Of a stretch of 64,000 nt of DNA, positions 8,817-17,467 are shown piece by piece (position 1 is the stretch's first letter; each line of letters starts with the position of its first letter). A model generated the notes under the pieces. It was not told the origin of the DNA. It searched no databases and saw only the letters and a list, made by a program, of their open reading frames with translations. The DNA is taken from positions 551,699 through 615,698 of the forward strand of contig CAVXDH010000002.1 in NCBI GenBank assembly GCA_963760545.1, read 5' to 3'. The translations under genes and the position numbers were made by a program. The stretch comes from an uncultured Solirubrobacterales bacterium. Its GTDB lineage: Bacteria; Actinomycetota; Thermoleophilia; Solirubrobacterales; Solirubrobacteraceae.

Positions 8817-9989
8817 ATGACCCTCCTTCGCCTGATCACCGCCGGTGAGTCCCACGGACCCGGCCTCACATGCCTAGTGGAGGGACTACCTGCTGGACTC
8901 GAGCTGACACCGGAGGATCTCAACAGGGATATGGCACGTCGCCAGCTCGGCCATGGGCGCGGCGGACGCATGAAGATCGAGAAGGACACGGCGCGCGTGA
9001 CCGCCGGCGTGCGACACGGGTTCACGCTCGGCGCCCCGATCGCTCTGCAAGTGGACAATCGCGACTACGCCAACTGGGAAGAGCGCATGTCGCCGTGGCC
9101 CGTCGACGCGGAGGTCGCCGAGGTTCATCTCCCGCGTCCCGGCCACGCTGACCTCGTGGGCACCCAGAAGTTCAAGCAAAGCGACGTGCGCAACATTCTC
9201 GAGCGAGCGTCCGCACGCGAGACCGCGGCACGCGTGGCGGGCGGAGCGCTCTGCAAGGCATTCCTGGCCGCGCTCGGCGTACAGATCCGCTCACACGTGG
9301 TTCAGATCGCATCGGTGCACGCGCCCGTGCGAGAGACTGCGCTGACACTCGCCGACTTCGACGAGGTCGATGCCTCACCGGTGCGCTGCCTGGACGCCGA
9401 GGCGGGGCGTGCCATGGTCGCTGAGATCAACACGCTGCGCAAGGCCAACGAGTCGCTTGGCGGGGTGTTCGAGGTGCAGTCCTTCGGGCTGGTCCCCGGT
9501 CTCGGCTCGCATATCTCCTGGGAGCAACGCTTGGACGGACGGCTCGCGATGGGCATCCTCTCGATCCAGGCGATGAAGGGCGTCTCGATCGGCGACGGCT
9601 TTCAGATCGCAGGTGTTCCTGGGTCTGATGCACACGATGAGATCTTCTACTCCGAGCAGCGCGGCTACTATCGCGAGACCAATCGCGCGGGTGGCCTGGA
9701 GGGCGGGATGACAAACGGCGAGCCGCTGATCGTGCGCGGCGCGATGAAGCCGCTGCCCACGCTCACCAAGCCATTGCGCTCAGTCGACATCGCCACGCAC
9801 GAGCCTGCCGAGGCGCTGCGTGAGCGCACGGACTCGTGCACCGTGCCCGCGGCTGGCGTCGTGGGGGAGGCGATGGTCGCGCTCGTGCTGGCCGATGCCT
9901 ACCGGCAGAAGTTCGGCGGCGACCACATCGATGACGTTCGTCAGGCGCTGACGGCCTACTGCGAGCGAATCGGATGGCCATCGCCTTGA
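8817..9989 (+). CDS. aroC: chorismate synthase
   Basis: MTLLRLITAGESHGPGLTCLVEGLPAGL and overall length. Confidence 0.95.
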   Translation: MTLLRLITAGESHGPGLTCLVEGLPAGLELTPEDLNRDMARRQLGHGRGGRMKIEKDTARVTAGVRHGFTLGAPIALQVDNRDYANWEERMSPWPVDAEVAEVHLPRPGHADLVGTQKFKQSDVRNILERASARETAARVAGGALCKAFLAALGVQIRSHVVQIASVHAPVRETALTLADFDEVDASPVRCLDAEAGRAMVAEINTLRKANESLGGVFEVQSFGLVPGLGSHISWEQRLDGRLAMGILSIQAMKGVSIGDGFQIAGVPGSDAHDEIFYSEQRGYYRETNRAGGLEGGMTNGEPLIVRGAMKPLPTLTKPLRSVDIATHEPAEALRERTDSCTVPAAGVVGEAMVALVLADAYRQKFGGDHIDDVRQALTAYCERIGWPSP

Positions 9990-10029
9990 CGGGCGAGCGG
10001 CGGGGTGCGCGCCGTGTCGAGGAGATCCG

Positions 10030-11625
10030 ATGGGCACGATAGCCCCCGCGCCAAAACGGGCGCTCGTCTTCATCGGCTTCATGGGCGCCGGCAAGACGAC
10101 CGTCGCCGCGGAAGTCGCCGCCGCCCTCGGCGTGCACGCGCTCGACAGCGACAGGTTGCTCGAACAGGAGCTCGGCCATTCGATCGCCGAGGAGTTCCGT
10201 TTGCACGGAGAGGCGTCCTTCAGGGAAGCTGAGGAGCGACTCGCCTGCCGCCTGCTTGAGGAGGCGGGACAGACGGGATATCAGACCGTGATCGCCCTTG
10301 GTGGCGGCAGCGTCCTCTCTGAGCGGGTGCGCGCTGCGCTGCGCCCCCACCTGACTGTGCTGCTTGACATCGACGTTCGCGCTGCCTGGCGACGGGCGGG
10401 CGCGGGCCCTGGTAAGGAGAAGCGTCCGCTGGCAAGCGATCGTGACGCGTTCGCTGCGCTGTATGCCAGTCGCGTGGCGCTGTACGGACAGCTAGCGAAC
10501 GCGATCCTTCCGGCGCTTGCGCCGCGCGTAGCCGTGCGTGCGCTGCCTGCACTACGAGCGCTCGCGCGAGCGCCCGTAGATACTCGATTGCTGTGGGCGA
10601 GCGCCTCCTCGGGGGAGTATCCGGTGTTTGTAGGACGTGGCTTGCTGGACCCGGAGCAGTGCTCGGACGCGGGTGTGTGGCCACTGGACCGAGCGGCGTC
10701 GCGGCCGTTCTGTGTCTCAGATCAGAACGTCGCGGCGCTCTACGCCGAGCGTCTGGGTGGCGTTGGCGAGCTTATCGAGATCGCACCGGGCGAGCGCAAC
10801 AAGACGCTCTCCAGCGCCGAGCTGGTATGGAGCGCTCTGGTCTCTGGAGGGATGACCCGCGCAGACCATCTGGTGGCGCTTGGCGGCGGGGTCGTTGGCG
10901 ATCTCGCGGGTTTCTGCGCCGCCACCTACCAGCGCGGTGTGCCGATCGTGCACGTGCCTACCACGCTTGTCGCGCAGGTCGACTCGGCCTACGGTGGAAA
11001 GACCGGTGTCGATCTACCGCAAGCCAAGAACTACGTCGGCGCCTACCACCATCCCGCCGGTGTGATCGTGGATCCCGACACGCTCGACACGCTGCCGGCA
11101 GCGGAGCTGGCGGCCGGCTACGTCGAGGTGTTGAAGACCGCCCTGATCGCCGGCGGCGAGCTGTGGGAGCGGATCGCAGCCGAGGAGCGACTGGACGAGC
11201 GCACGATCCTCGCATGCGCTCGCACCAAGCTCGCAGTCGTCGCCGAAGACGAGCGTGACGCGGGTCGCCGCCAGGTACTCAATCTTGGGCACACGGTTGG
11301 TCACGCGCTTGAGACCGTCACCAACTACGAGCGCTATCGCCATGGGGAGGCTGTGGGGCTTGGGCTGCTCGCCGCACTGCGACTGTCCGGTCTGCCGGAG
11401 CTTCGCGCGCAGGTGCGCGAGCTGTTGAGCGCACACGGACTGCCGACCGAGCTTGATGGGGAGGACGTCGATCGGATCTTGGAGGCGACCATGCGCGACA
11501 AGAAGCGCACAGGCACGCACGTGCCATTCGTGTTGCTCGGCGCGCCCGGGGACGCACGCACGGGCTGTCATGTGCCTGCCGATGAACTTCGAGCCGCCGT
11601 GTCGGAGCTGCGAGCGCGCGAGTAG
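10030..11625 (+). CDS. aroKB: bifunctional shikimate kinase / 3-dehydroquinate synthase
   Basis: The N-terminal P-loop FIGFMGAGKTT...DSD marks shikimate kinase. The C-terminal GGGVVGDLAGFCAATYQRGVPIVHVPTTLVAQVDSAYGGKTGVDL and NLGHTVGHALE mark DHQ synthase. Both lie in one continuous 531-aa ORF. Confidence 0.9.
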   Translation: MGTIAPAPKRALVFIGFMGAGKTTVAAEVAAALGVHALDSDRLLEQELGHSIAEEFRLHGEASFREAEERLACRLLEEAGQTGYQTVIALGGGSVLSERVRAALRPHLTVLLDIDVRAAWRRAGAGPGKEKRPLASDRDAFAALYASRVALYGQLANAILPALAPRVAVRALPALRALARAPVDTRLLWASASSGEYPVFVGRGLLDPEQCSDAGVWPLDRAASRPFCVSDQNVAALYAERLGGVGELIEIAPGERNKTLSSAELVWSALVSGGMTRADHLVALGGGVVGDLAGFCAATYQRGVPIVHVPTTLVAQVDSAYGGKTGVDLPQAKNYVGAYHHPAGVIVDPDTLDTLPAAELAAGYVEVLKTALIAGGELWERIAAEERLDERTILACARTKLAVVAEDERDAGRRQVLNLGHTVGHALETVTNYERYRHGEAVGLGLLAALRLSGLPELRAQVRELLSAHGLPTELDGEDVDRILEATMRDKKRTGTHVPFVLLGAPGDARTGCHVPADELRAAVSELRARE

Positions 11626-11637
11626 GCTCTGCTGGCG

Positions 11638-12093
11638 ATGAGCGGCCTGACTCGCATAGAGGTGATGCATGGGGTCAATCTCGACATGCTCGGCAAGCGC
11701 GAGCCCGAGCACTACGGGACGCTCACGCTCGATGAGCTCGAGCGCCAGATCGCGGGGTTCGCGAGGCAGCTGGGGATCGAGACGCGCTTCTTTCACACCA
11801 ACTTCGAGGGCGAGTATGTCGAGCACCTGCACAGCCTGCGCGAGCTGGTCGACGGGATTGTGCTGAATCCGGGAGCCTGGACGCACTACTCGTGGGCGAT
11901 CCACGATGCGCTCGCGACAGCCGCGCTGCCGGCAGTCGAGGTGCACATGTCCGACGTGAAGGCTCGCGAGGCGTGGCGAGGACTCTCGGTGATCGAGGAC
12001 CTGTGCGTGATGTCTGTCTCGGGCAAGGGAGTCGATGGCTACAGGCTTGCGCTCGAACGGTTGCGCGAGGAGTTTGGAGGTAGGGAGAGTTGA
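11638..12093 (+). CDS. aroQ: type II 3-dehydroquinate dehydratase
   Basis: IEVMHGVNLDMLGKREPEHYG...FHTNFEGEYVEHLH...LNPGAWTHYS. Confidence 0.9.
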   Translation: MSGLTRIEVMHGVNLDMLGKREPEHYGTLTLDELERQIAGFARQLGIETRFFHTNFEGEYVEHLHSLRELVDGIVLNPGAWTHYSWAIHDALATAALPAVEVHMSDVKAREAWRGLSVIEDLCVMSVSGKGVDGYRLALERLREEFGGRES

Positions 12094-12160
12094 GCGTGGC
12101 GTGCGGCACCGCGCGTTCCTTGACGCCGTCCAGCAGCGTGCGCGAGGACGGCTGGATCCT

Positions 12161-13279
12161 ATGAGCGAGGTTGCCCGCACCACACGGCTCGCGGCGGAGT
12201 TGCGCGCACTGGGGATCGATCGCCTGCTGGTCAACTCGCCCGTGAACGTGCGTTATCTGAGCGGCTACACGGGCTCGAATGGGCTCGCCCTGATCGCCGC
12301 CGATGAGCGCGCACAGCAATTGTTCTTCACGGACTTCCGTTATGCGACCCAGTCGGCGGAGCAGGTGCCAGACCTCTATGCGCGCGAGATAGCGCCGGCC
12401 GAGCTGCTTCAAGCCGCGGCGCTGGCGCTCGGACGAGGCGAGCAGGGGACCGGTGGGAATCCCGAGCGCGGCACGCTCGGTTTCGACGATGCTTCGTTGA
12501 GCGTCAAGCAGCACGCGCGTCTGCGGGAGCTGCTTGACGACGGTTGGGAGCTGGTGCCGTGCGGAGGCGTGGTGGAGCGCATGCGCGAGGTCAAGGACGA
12601 GCCGGAGATCGCGCGGATACGCGCTGCCGCACAACTCGCAGATCAGGCTCTGATCGGAGTGCTCGAAGCGGGTCTGGTCGGTCGCAGCGAGCGTGAGGTG
12701 GCGATCGAGCTGGAGCTGCGGATGCGTCGACTGGGCGCGCAGGCGCCGAGCTTCCCTTCGATAGTCGCCGCTGGCGAGCACGGCGCGCTCCCTCATGCAG
12801 AGCCGCGCGAGATCGAGATCCCAAGGGGCGTGCTCGTCACGATCGACTGGGGCGCATACCTGGATGGCTACTGCTCTGATTGCACCCGTACCTATGCCAC
12901 GGGCGCGCCTGGTGAGGATGCGACTCGCGTCTACGAGCTTGTGCTCGAAGCGCAGGAAGCGGCGCTTGCGGCGGTGAGCGCTGGGATCAGCGGTCGCGCG
13001 GTGGACGCGGTCGCGCGCTCGATCATCGAGGATGCCGGCCACGCGGATCATTTCGGCCATGGTGTGGGGCACGGGGTCGGCATGGAGATCCACGAGGGTC
13101 CACGTCTGTCGCGCACGGCGGGCGAGCAGCCGTTGCGCGCAGGCAACATCGTCACCGTCGAGCCGGGGGTCTACCTACCCGGGCGCTTGGGTGTACGCAT
13201 CGAGGATCTGGCCGTGGTCGACGACAACGGCTCGCAGCGGCTTACGCAGTTGCCGAAGTCGCTCACGTTCATCGATTGA
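12161..13279 (+). CDS. pepP: Xaa-Pro aminopeptidase (M24B)
   Basis: Creatinase-like N-domain plus the M24 metal ligands DWGAYLDGYCSDCTRT, GHGVGHGVGMEIHE and VEPGVY...RIED. Start taken at the internal ATG. Confidence 0.85.
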   Translation: MSEVARTTRLAAELRALGIDRLLVNSPVNVRYLSGYTGSNGLALIAADERAQQLFFTDFRYATQSAEQVPDLYAREIAPAELLQAAALALGRGEQGTGGNPERGTLGFDDASLSVKQHARLRELLDDGWELVPCGGVVERMREVKDEPEIARIRAAAQLADQALIGVLEAGLVGRSEREVAIELELRMRRLGAQAPSFPSIVAAGEHGALPHAEPREIEIPRGVLVTIDWGAYLDGYCSDCTRTYATGAPGEDATRVYELVLEAQEAALAAVSAGISGRAVDAVARSIIEDAGHADHFGHGVGHGVGMEIHEGPRLSRTAGEQPLRAGNIVTVEPGVYLPGRLGVRIEDLAVVDDNGSQRLTQLPKSLTFID

Positions 13280-13330
13280 GGCGTGTCCGCGCGCATACAG
13301 GGTCAACGCGCGGATCTGCCGATCGGCTGT

Positions 13331-15085
13331 TCAGCCGCCGACTCGCAGACCGACACCCTGTAGGACTTTCGAAACGTCGTTTGTGGGGAGGTTCACAGGA
13401 AGGTTCACGGTCGGAACTGTGATGCCGGGCAACGAGATTTGGACGGGAGTGTTGGGTACCGAGATCGTCACGGGAGGAATCGAGGGAATCTCGACGGGGG
13501 ATTCGGCTGGGTGGGCCGGAGGAGTGGGTTGCTGTGATTGCGGTGGCTGCGAGTTGACCGGTGGGGACTGGACGTTGATGGGCTGGGACGTCGGTGGTGG
13601 GATGGAGACGGGTGCCGTCGGTTTGGATGGCTCCGATCCCGACCCGACTGGGCTCTGCACCGCTCCTTGCGATTCCGACGGAGAAGCAGGCTCGCTCGTA
13701 CTTGCCCTGGGACTCGTGTCCATGCTCGGACTGGTGCTGTTGGTGTCGGGAAGGTTGATTCTCCCGTGTGGGCTCTCTCGCTTGCCGACGAGGGGCCGTC
13801 CGGCTCTCAGCTGCCTGGATCGCGGGACAGTATTGGCGTCCTCTGCTCTAACGGGAGCGGAACCCGATGCCAGACGCGCGACCGTCGGCGTGGCCTTGTG
13901 TCGGCGAGCAACCCTGCCGTGATGCGGAGCCGGGGAAATGGCAAGCACGCCTGCTGCTCCGAGCGCGGGGAGCGTCTGCCCGATCGAGCCCGCCGTCAGG
14001 CTTGTCGATGAGGCTTTGATCGCCGTGATGAAACGCTCGGCCACGGCGCTTGCGAACGCCGACCGGGCGACCGGGCGACGAGCGGCATAGCAGGCTAGGA
14101 ATGCTGCCACAACGGTCGCATCGAGCTGCGTGCCGGACTCGTTGGAGAGGATGTCGAGGGCTTCCTTGTGAGTGCGCTGCGGCCTGTAGGGACGCGTCGA
14201 GGTGATCGCATCGAACGTGTCGGCCACCGCGATGATCCGAGACCCCAGCGGGATCTCCGCCGCCTTGATCCCGTCGGGGTACCCGTTGCCGTCGAGTCGC
14301 TCGTGGTGATGGCGCACGATTGCGGTGAGCTGCGGGTCTCCGGCATCGGCGAGAATCTCCGCGCCGTCACGCGCATGGAGCTTGACGATTGCGAACTCGC
14401 GATCGGTCAGTCGGCCCGCCTTGTGGAGGATCTCTCGCGGCGTGTAGATCTTGCCGACGTCGTGTACGAGCGCTGCGGTCTCGACGTCGGCGATCTCCTT
14501 CGGGGAGAGACGCATCTCGCGCGCGATCCTTCCGGCATAAGAAGCGACCCGGCGGCTGTGTCCATGCAGGTAGGGGTCCACGGCCTGATGCAGATCGCTG
14601 AGCTGGGTGAGCAGCTCGATGCTGACCATGGAGCCCGACTCACGAGCTGATTCAAAGAGGTCTCGCGTGCGAGCCAGGCGCCGCTCTGCCCAGAAGCGCC
14701 GTACCCAGCCCCAGAGCATCAGTTCGGCGAAGATCACTTCCCGCGAGTGAGGCCAACGCATCCATAGCCAAGTACTCACCGATGCGATCGCAAGCGAACC
14801 GCCCACAGTCAAGAGGACTGCAAGCACCTCCGAGAGCATCCCGTGGCGAGGCATGAGCGCGGCCACGACGACGACCGGGCCCGCGACCACCATGAGCGTG
14901 GCGAGCACGGACAGCGGCAGGAACGCGACGAAATGACGCGGCAGCGCTACGCCGGGCTCTGAGCGACGGGCGTCAGAGCGCTCGCTGTCCTCGACAAGCT
15001 CGCTCAGACGAAAATTGAGCGCGCTCGACAGAGTGTCCTCTTCGACAGACATGGGTCTGATGAGTGATACGGCGCACTGCGACAA
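13331..15085 (-). CDS. membrane-anchored HD-GYP domain protein (putative c-di-GMP phosphodiesterase) with long Pro/Ser-rich C-terminal tail
   Basis: HSRRVASYA...ALVHDVGKI...HHHERLDGNGYPDG. N-terminal TM helices and a ~200-aa P/S/T-rich tail. Confidence 0.8.
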   Translation of the reverse strand: MSQCAVSLIRPMSVEEDTLSSALNFRLSELVEDSERSDARRSEPGVALPRHFVAFLPLSVLATLMVVAGPVVVVAALMPRHGMLSEVLAVLLTVGGSLAIASVSTWLWMRWPHSREVIFAELMLWGWVRRFWAERRLARTRDLFESARESGSMVSIELLTQLSDLHQAVDPYLHGHSRRVASYAGRIAREMRLSPKEIADVETAALVHDVGKIYTPREILHKAGRLTDREFAIVKLHARDGAEILADAGDPQLTAIVRHHHERLDGNGYPDGIKAAEIPLGSRIIAVADTFDAITSTRPYRPQRTHKEALDILSNESGTQLDATVVAAFLACYAARRPVARSAFASAVAERFITAIKASSTSLTAGSIGQTLPALGAAGVLAISPAPHHGRVARRHKATPTVARLASGSAPVRAEDANTVPRSRQLRAGRPLVGKRESPHGRINLPDTNSTSPSMDTSPRASTSEPASPSESQGAVQSPVGSGSEPSKPTAPVSIPPPTSQPINVQSPPVNSQPPQSQQPTPPAHPAESPVEIPSIPPVTISVPNTPVQISLPGITVPTVNLPVNLPTNDVSKVLQGVGLRVGG

Positions 15086-15109
15086 AGTCTGAAGTCTCGA
15101 ACCATTGCG

Positions 15110-15757
15110 GTGGACGATCGTATGACCAGCAACTCGAGCAAGGCGATCGCGGACGCGAACCCGCTCGGCGACCCGCGCCCGCTACCCTCCCGAGTCGTGA
15201 TCACCACCAACCAGTTCAAGAACGGAAACCACATAGACGTCGAGGGGACGGTTTTTAAGATCCTCGAGTTCCAGCACGTGAAGCCTGGGAAGGGCGGAGC
15301 GTTCGTGCGCACGAAGCTGCGTCGCGCAAGTGATGGTGCGGTGATCGACCGTACGTTCCGCGCGGGGGAGAAGTTCCGCGCGGTGCGCACTGAGGCGCGC
15401 AGGATGCAGTTTCTCTATGCCGACGGTACCGATGCGCACTTCATGGACACCGAGTCTTTCGAGCAGATCGCAGTGCCGGAGTCGGCGTTTGCGGAGGCCC
15501 TGCGCTGGACGAAGCCGAGCAGCGAGGTCGATGTGCTGTTCATCGACGACGAGCCTTCTGACATCCAGCTGCCGAGCGCGGTTGACCTCGAGGTAACACA
15601 GGCCGACCCGGGTGTGCGCGGCGACACCGTTTCTGGTGGGGGGAGCAAGCCTGCCACGCTGGAGACCGGAGCCGTGATCCACGTTCCGTTGTTTATTGAC
15701 GTAGGCGAGAAGATCCGCGTGGACACCCGTTCGGGCGAATACATGTCTAGGGCATGA
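15110..15757 (+). CDS. efp: elongation factor P
   Basis: TNQFKNGNHIDVEGTVFKILEFQHVKPGKGGAFVRTKLR. The ORF start gives a ~28-aa extension, and a GTG at 15197 would give a canonical 186-aa EF-P. Confidence 0.9.
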   Translation: MDDRMTSNSSKAIADANPLGDPRPLPSRVVITTNQFKNGNHIDVEGTVFKILEFQHVKPGKGGAFVRTKLRRASDGAVIDRTFRAGEKFRAVRTEARRMQFLYADGTDAHFMDTESFEQIAVPESAFAEALRWTKPSSEVDVLFIDDEPSDIQLPSAVDLEVTQADPGVRGDTVSGGGSKPATLETGAVIHVPLFIDVGEKIRVDTRSGEYMSRA

Positions 15758-15850
15758 TGCTGGCCGCGCGACTCCGCAGGCGCTACGCAGGAGCCCTCCG
15801 ATCCAGAACGCGGACTCACCGATTCTTCGACCTGGGACGCTAGGAGCGCG

Positions 15851-16267
15851 ATGCGTCGCTCCGAGCAGCGTCGAGCGGCAGTGTTTGCGCTCTACCAGCA
15901 CGATCTCACGGGCAGGACGTTGGCGGAGACGCTTGGAGCAAACGCTTCGTTGTTGACGGGCGCGCTGGCCCACGCGGCCGCGGATCGCACGGGAGAGCTT
16001 GACGAGGTGATCGACCGCCATTCCCACGGCTGGTCGGTGCAGCGTATACAGCCACTTGAGCGCAGCATCATGCGGGTGGCGCTGATCGAGATGCTGCATC
16101 CGGATGTGGCGCCGGGGGACACTCCGATCCCCGCCGAGGGTGCGATCGAGGAGGCGATCGAAACGGCGAGGACGTTCTGCGGAAGCGACGCTCCTGCGTT
16201 CGTGAACGGGGTGCTGGCCGCGGTGTTGCGCGAGGTGCGCCAGAATGCTACGCGTGAGGCTTCCTAG
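15851..16267 (+). CDS. nusB: transcription antitermination factor NusB
   Basis: RRAAVFALYQHDL... Size and position after efp. Confidence 0.85.
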   Translation: MRRSEQRRAAVFALYQHDLTGRTLAETLGANASLLTGALAHAAADRTGELDEVIDRHSHGWSVQRIQPLERSIMRVALIEMLHPDVAPGDTPIPAEGAIEEAIETARTFCGSDAPAFVNGVLAAVLREVRQNATREAS

Positions 16268-16276
16268 GAGAGCGAG

Positions 16277-16480
16277 ATGAGCTTGGAGAGGATCGACGAT
16301 CTGATCGAGCAACTGGAGCGCGCGGCCGAGCAGCTGCGCTCGGGCGAGCTGTCGCCTGACGCGGCTGCCACGATGGTCGAGGACTGCGCTGCGCTTGCGA
16401 CGCAGGCATCCGCCGAGCTGGAGCGCGAGGCGCGCGCCGAGGTCTCACAGCCGGCTCCGGGCCAAGATTCGCTGCTATAG
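16277..16480 (+). CDS. xseB: exodeoxyribonuclease VII small subunit
   Basis: A 67-aa helical protein (IDDLIEQLERAAEQLRSGELSPDAA) in the classical xseB-ispA-dxs arrangement. Confidence 0.75.
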   Translation: MSLERIDDLIEQLERAAEQLRSGELSPDAAATMVEDCAALATQASAELEREARAEVSQPAPGQDSLL

Positions 16481-16494
16481 CGGGCTGGCTGCTC

Positions 16495-17403
16495 GTGCAA
16501 GCCGCCTACCCGGAGCACCTGCGCGAGGAGATCGAGCGCTACCTGAAGACGATGCGCTTTTCCGAAGAGGCGCTGACGGCCGGTTTGGAGGAGGCGATGC
16601 GCTATTCGCTGCTGGCGGGCGGCAAGCGCATCCGTCCAGTGCTCGCGCTGGCGACCGCTGACGCCGTCGGTTTGCAGCGCGAGGAGGCGCTGCCGCTGGC
16701 CGCGGCGCTCGAGTTGATCCACACCTATTCGCTGATCCACGACGACTTGCCGGCGATGGACGACGACAGCCTGCGGCGCGGGCGGCCCACCTGTCACGTG
16801 GCATACGGCGAGGACGTGGCGATCCTGGCGGGCGATGGGTTGTATGCGGAGGCGTTTCGCCATTTGCTCGGCGAGTGTCGCTCAGAGCCCGAGCGGCTAC
16901 TGGAGGCTGCCCTGGAGCTGGCGGCGGCAACCGGTGTGGACGGCATGGTGGGCGGCCAGTATGTGGATGTGAGTGGGCGCGCTCCCGAGGGGCCCGACGG
17001 GCTGCGTCGGTTGCACGAGCTAAAGACGGGCAGACTGATCGACGCTTCGGTGGTTTGCGTGCTGTCGTTGGCTGGTGTGCGCGGACCTGCGACAATTGCG
17101 TTGCGGCGCTTCGCGGTCGAGCTGGGCGTGCTGTTTCAGATCGTCGATGACATTCTGGACGTGACCGGCACCGACCAGGCGCTTGGCAAGCCGCGAGGTA
17201 GCGATGAGAGGCACGGCAAGCGGACATATGTGAGCGAGTTCGGCATCGATCGAGCCAGAGAGCTGGCGGCGGAGTCTCACCGGACTGCACGGGAGGCGCT
17301 CACGCAGGCCGCTCTGGTTGTAGCGGGTCGGCCCGTGGAGGGCAGCGCTCCTACGATCGAGCTCGAGCAGATCACAGACTTCATCTACACACGTACATCT
17401 TGA
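16495..17403 (+). CDS. ispA: polyprenyl (farnesyl/geranylgeranyl) diphosphate synthase
   Basis: The first DDxxD motif is in LIHDDLPAMDDDSLRRGRPT and the second in FQIVDDILD. GTG start. Confidence 0.9.
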   Translation: MQAAYPEHLREEIERYLKTMRFSEEALTAGLEEAMRYSLLAGGKRIRPVLALATADAVGLQREEALPLAAALELIHTYSLIHDDLPAMDDDSLRRGRPTCHVAYGEDVAILAGDGLYAEAFRHLLGECRSEPERLLEAALELAAATGVDGMVGGQYVDVSGRAPEGPDGLRRLHELKTGRLIDASVVCVLSLAGVRGPATIALRRFAVELGVLFQIVDDILDVTGTDQALGKPRGSDERHGKRTYVSEFGIDRARELAAESHRTAREALTQAALVVAGRPVEGSAPTIELEQITDFIYTRTS

Positions 17404-17467
17404 GAGCGACCGCACATACACGAAGGAGCGCGACGACGAGAAGCGCCACGAAAGGTCGGGGCGCGGC

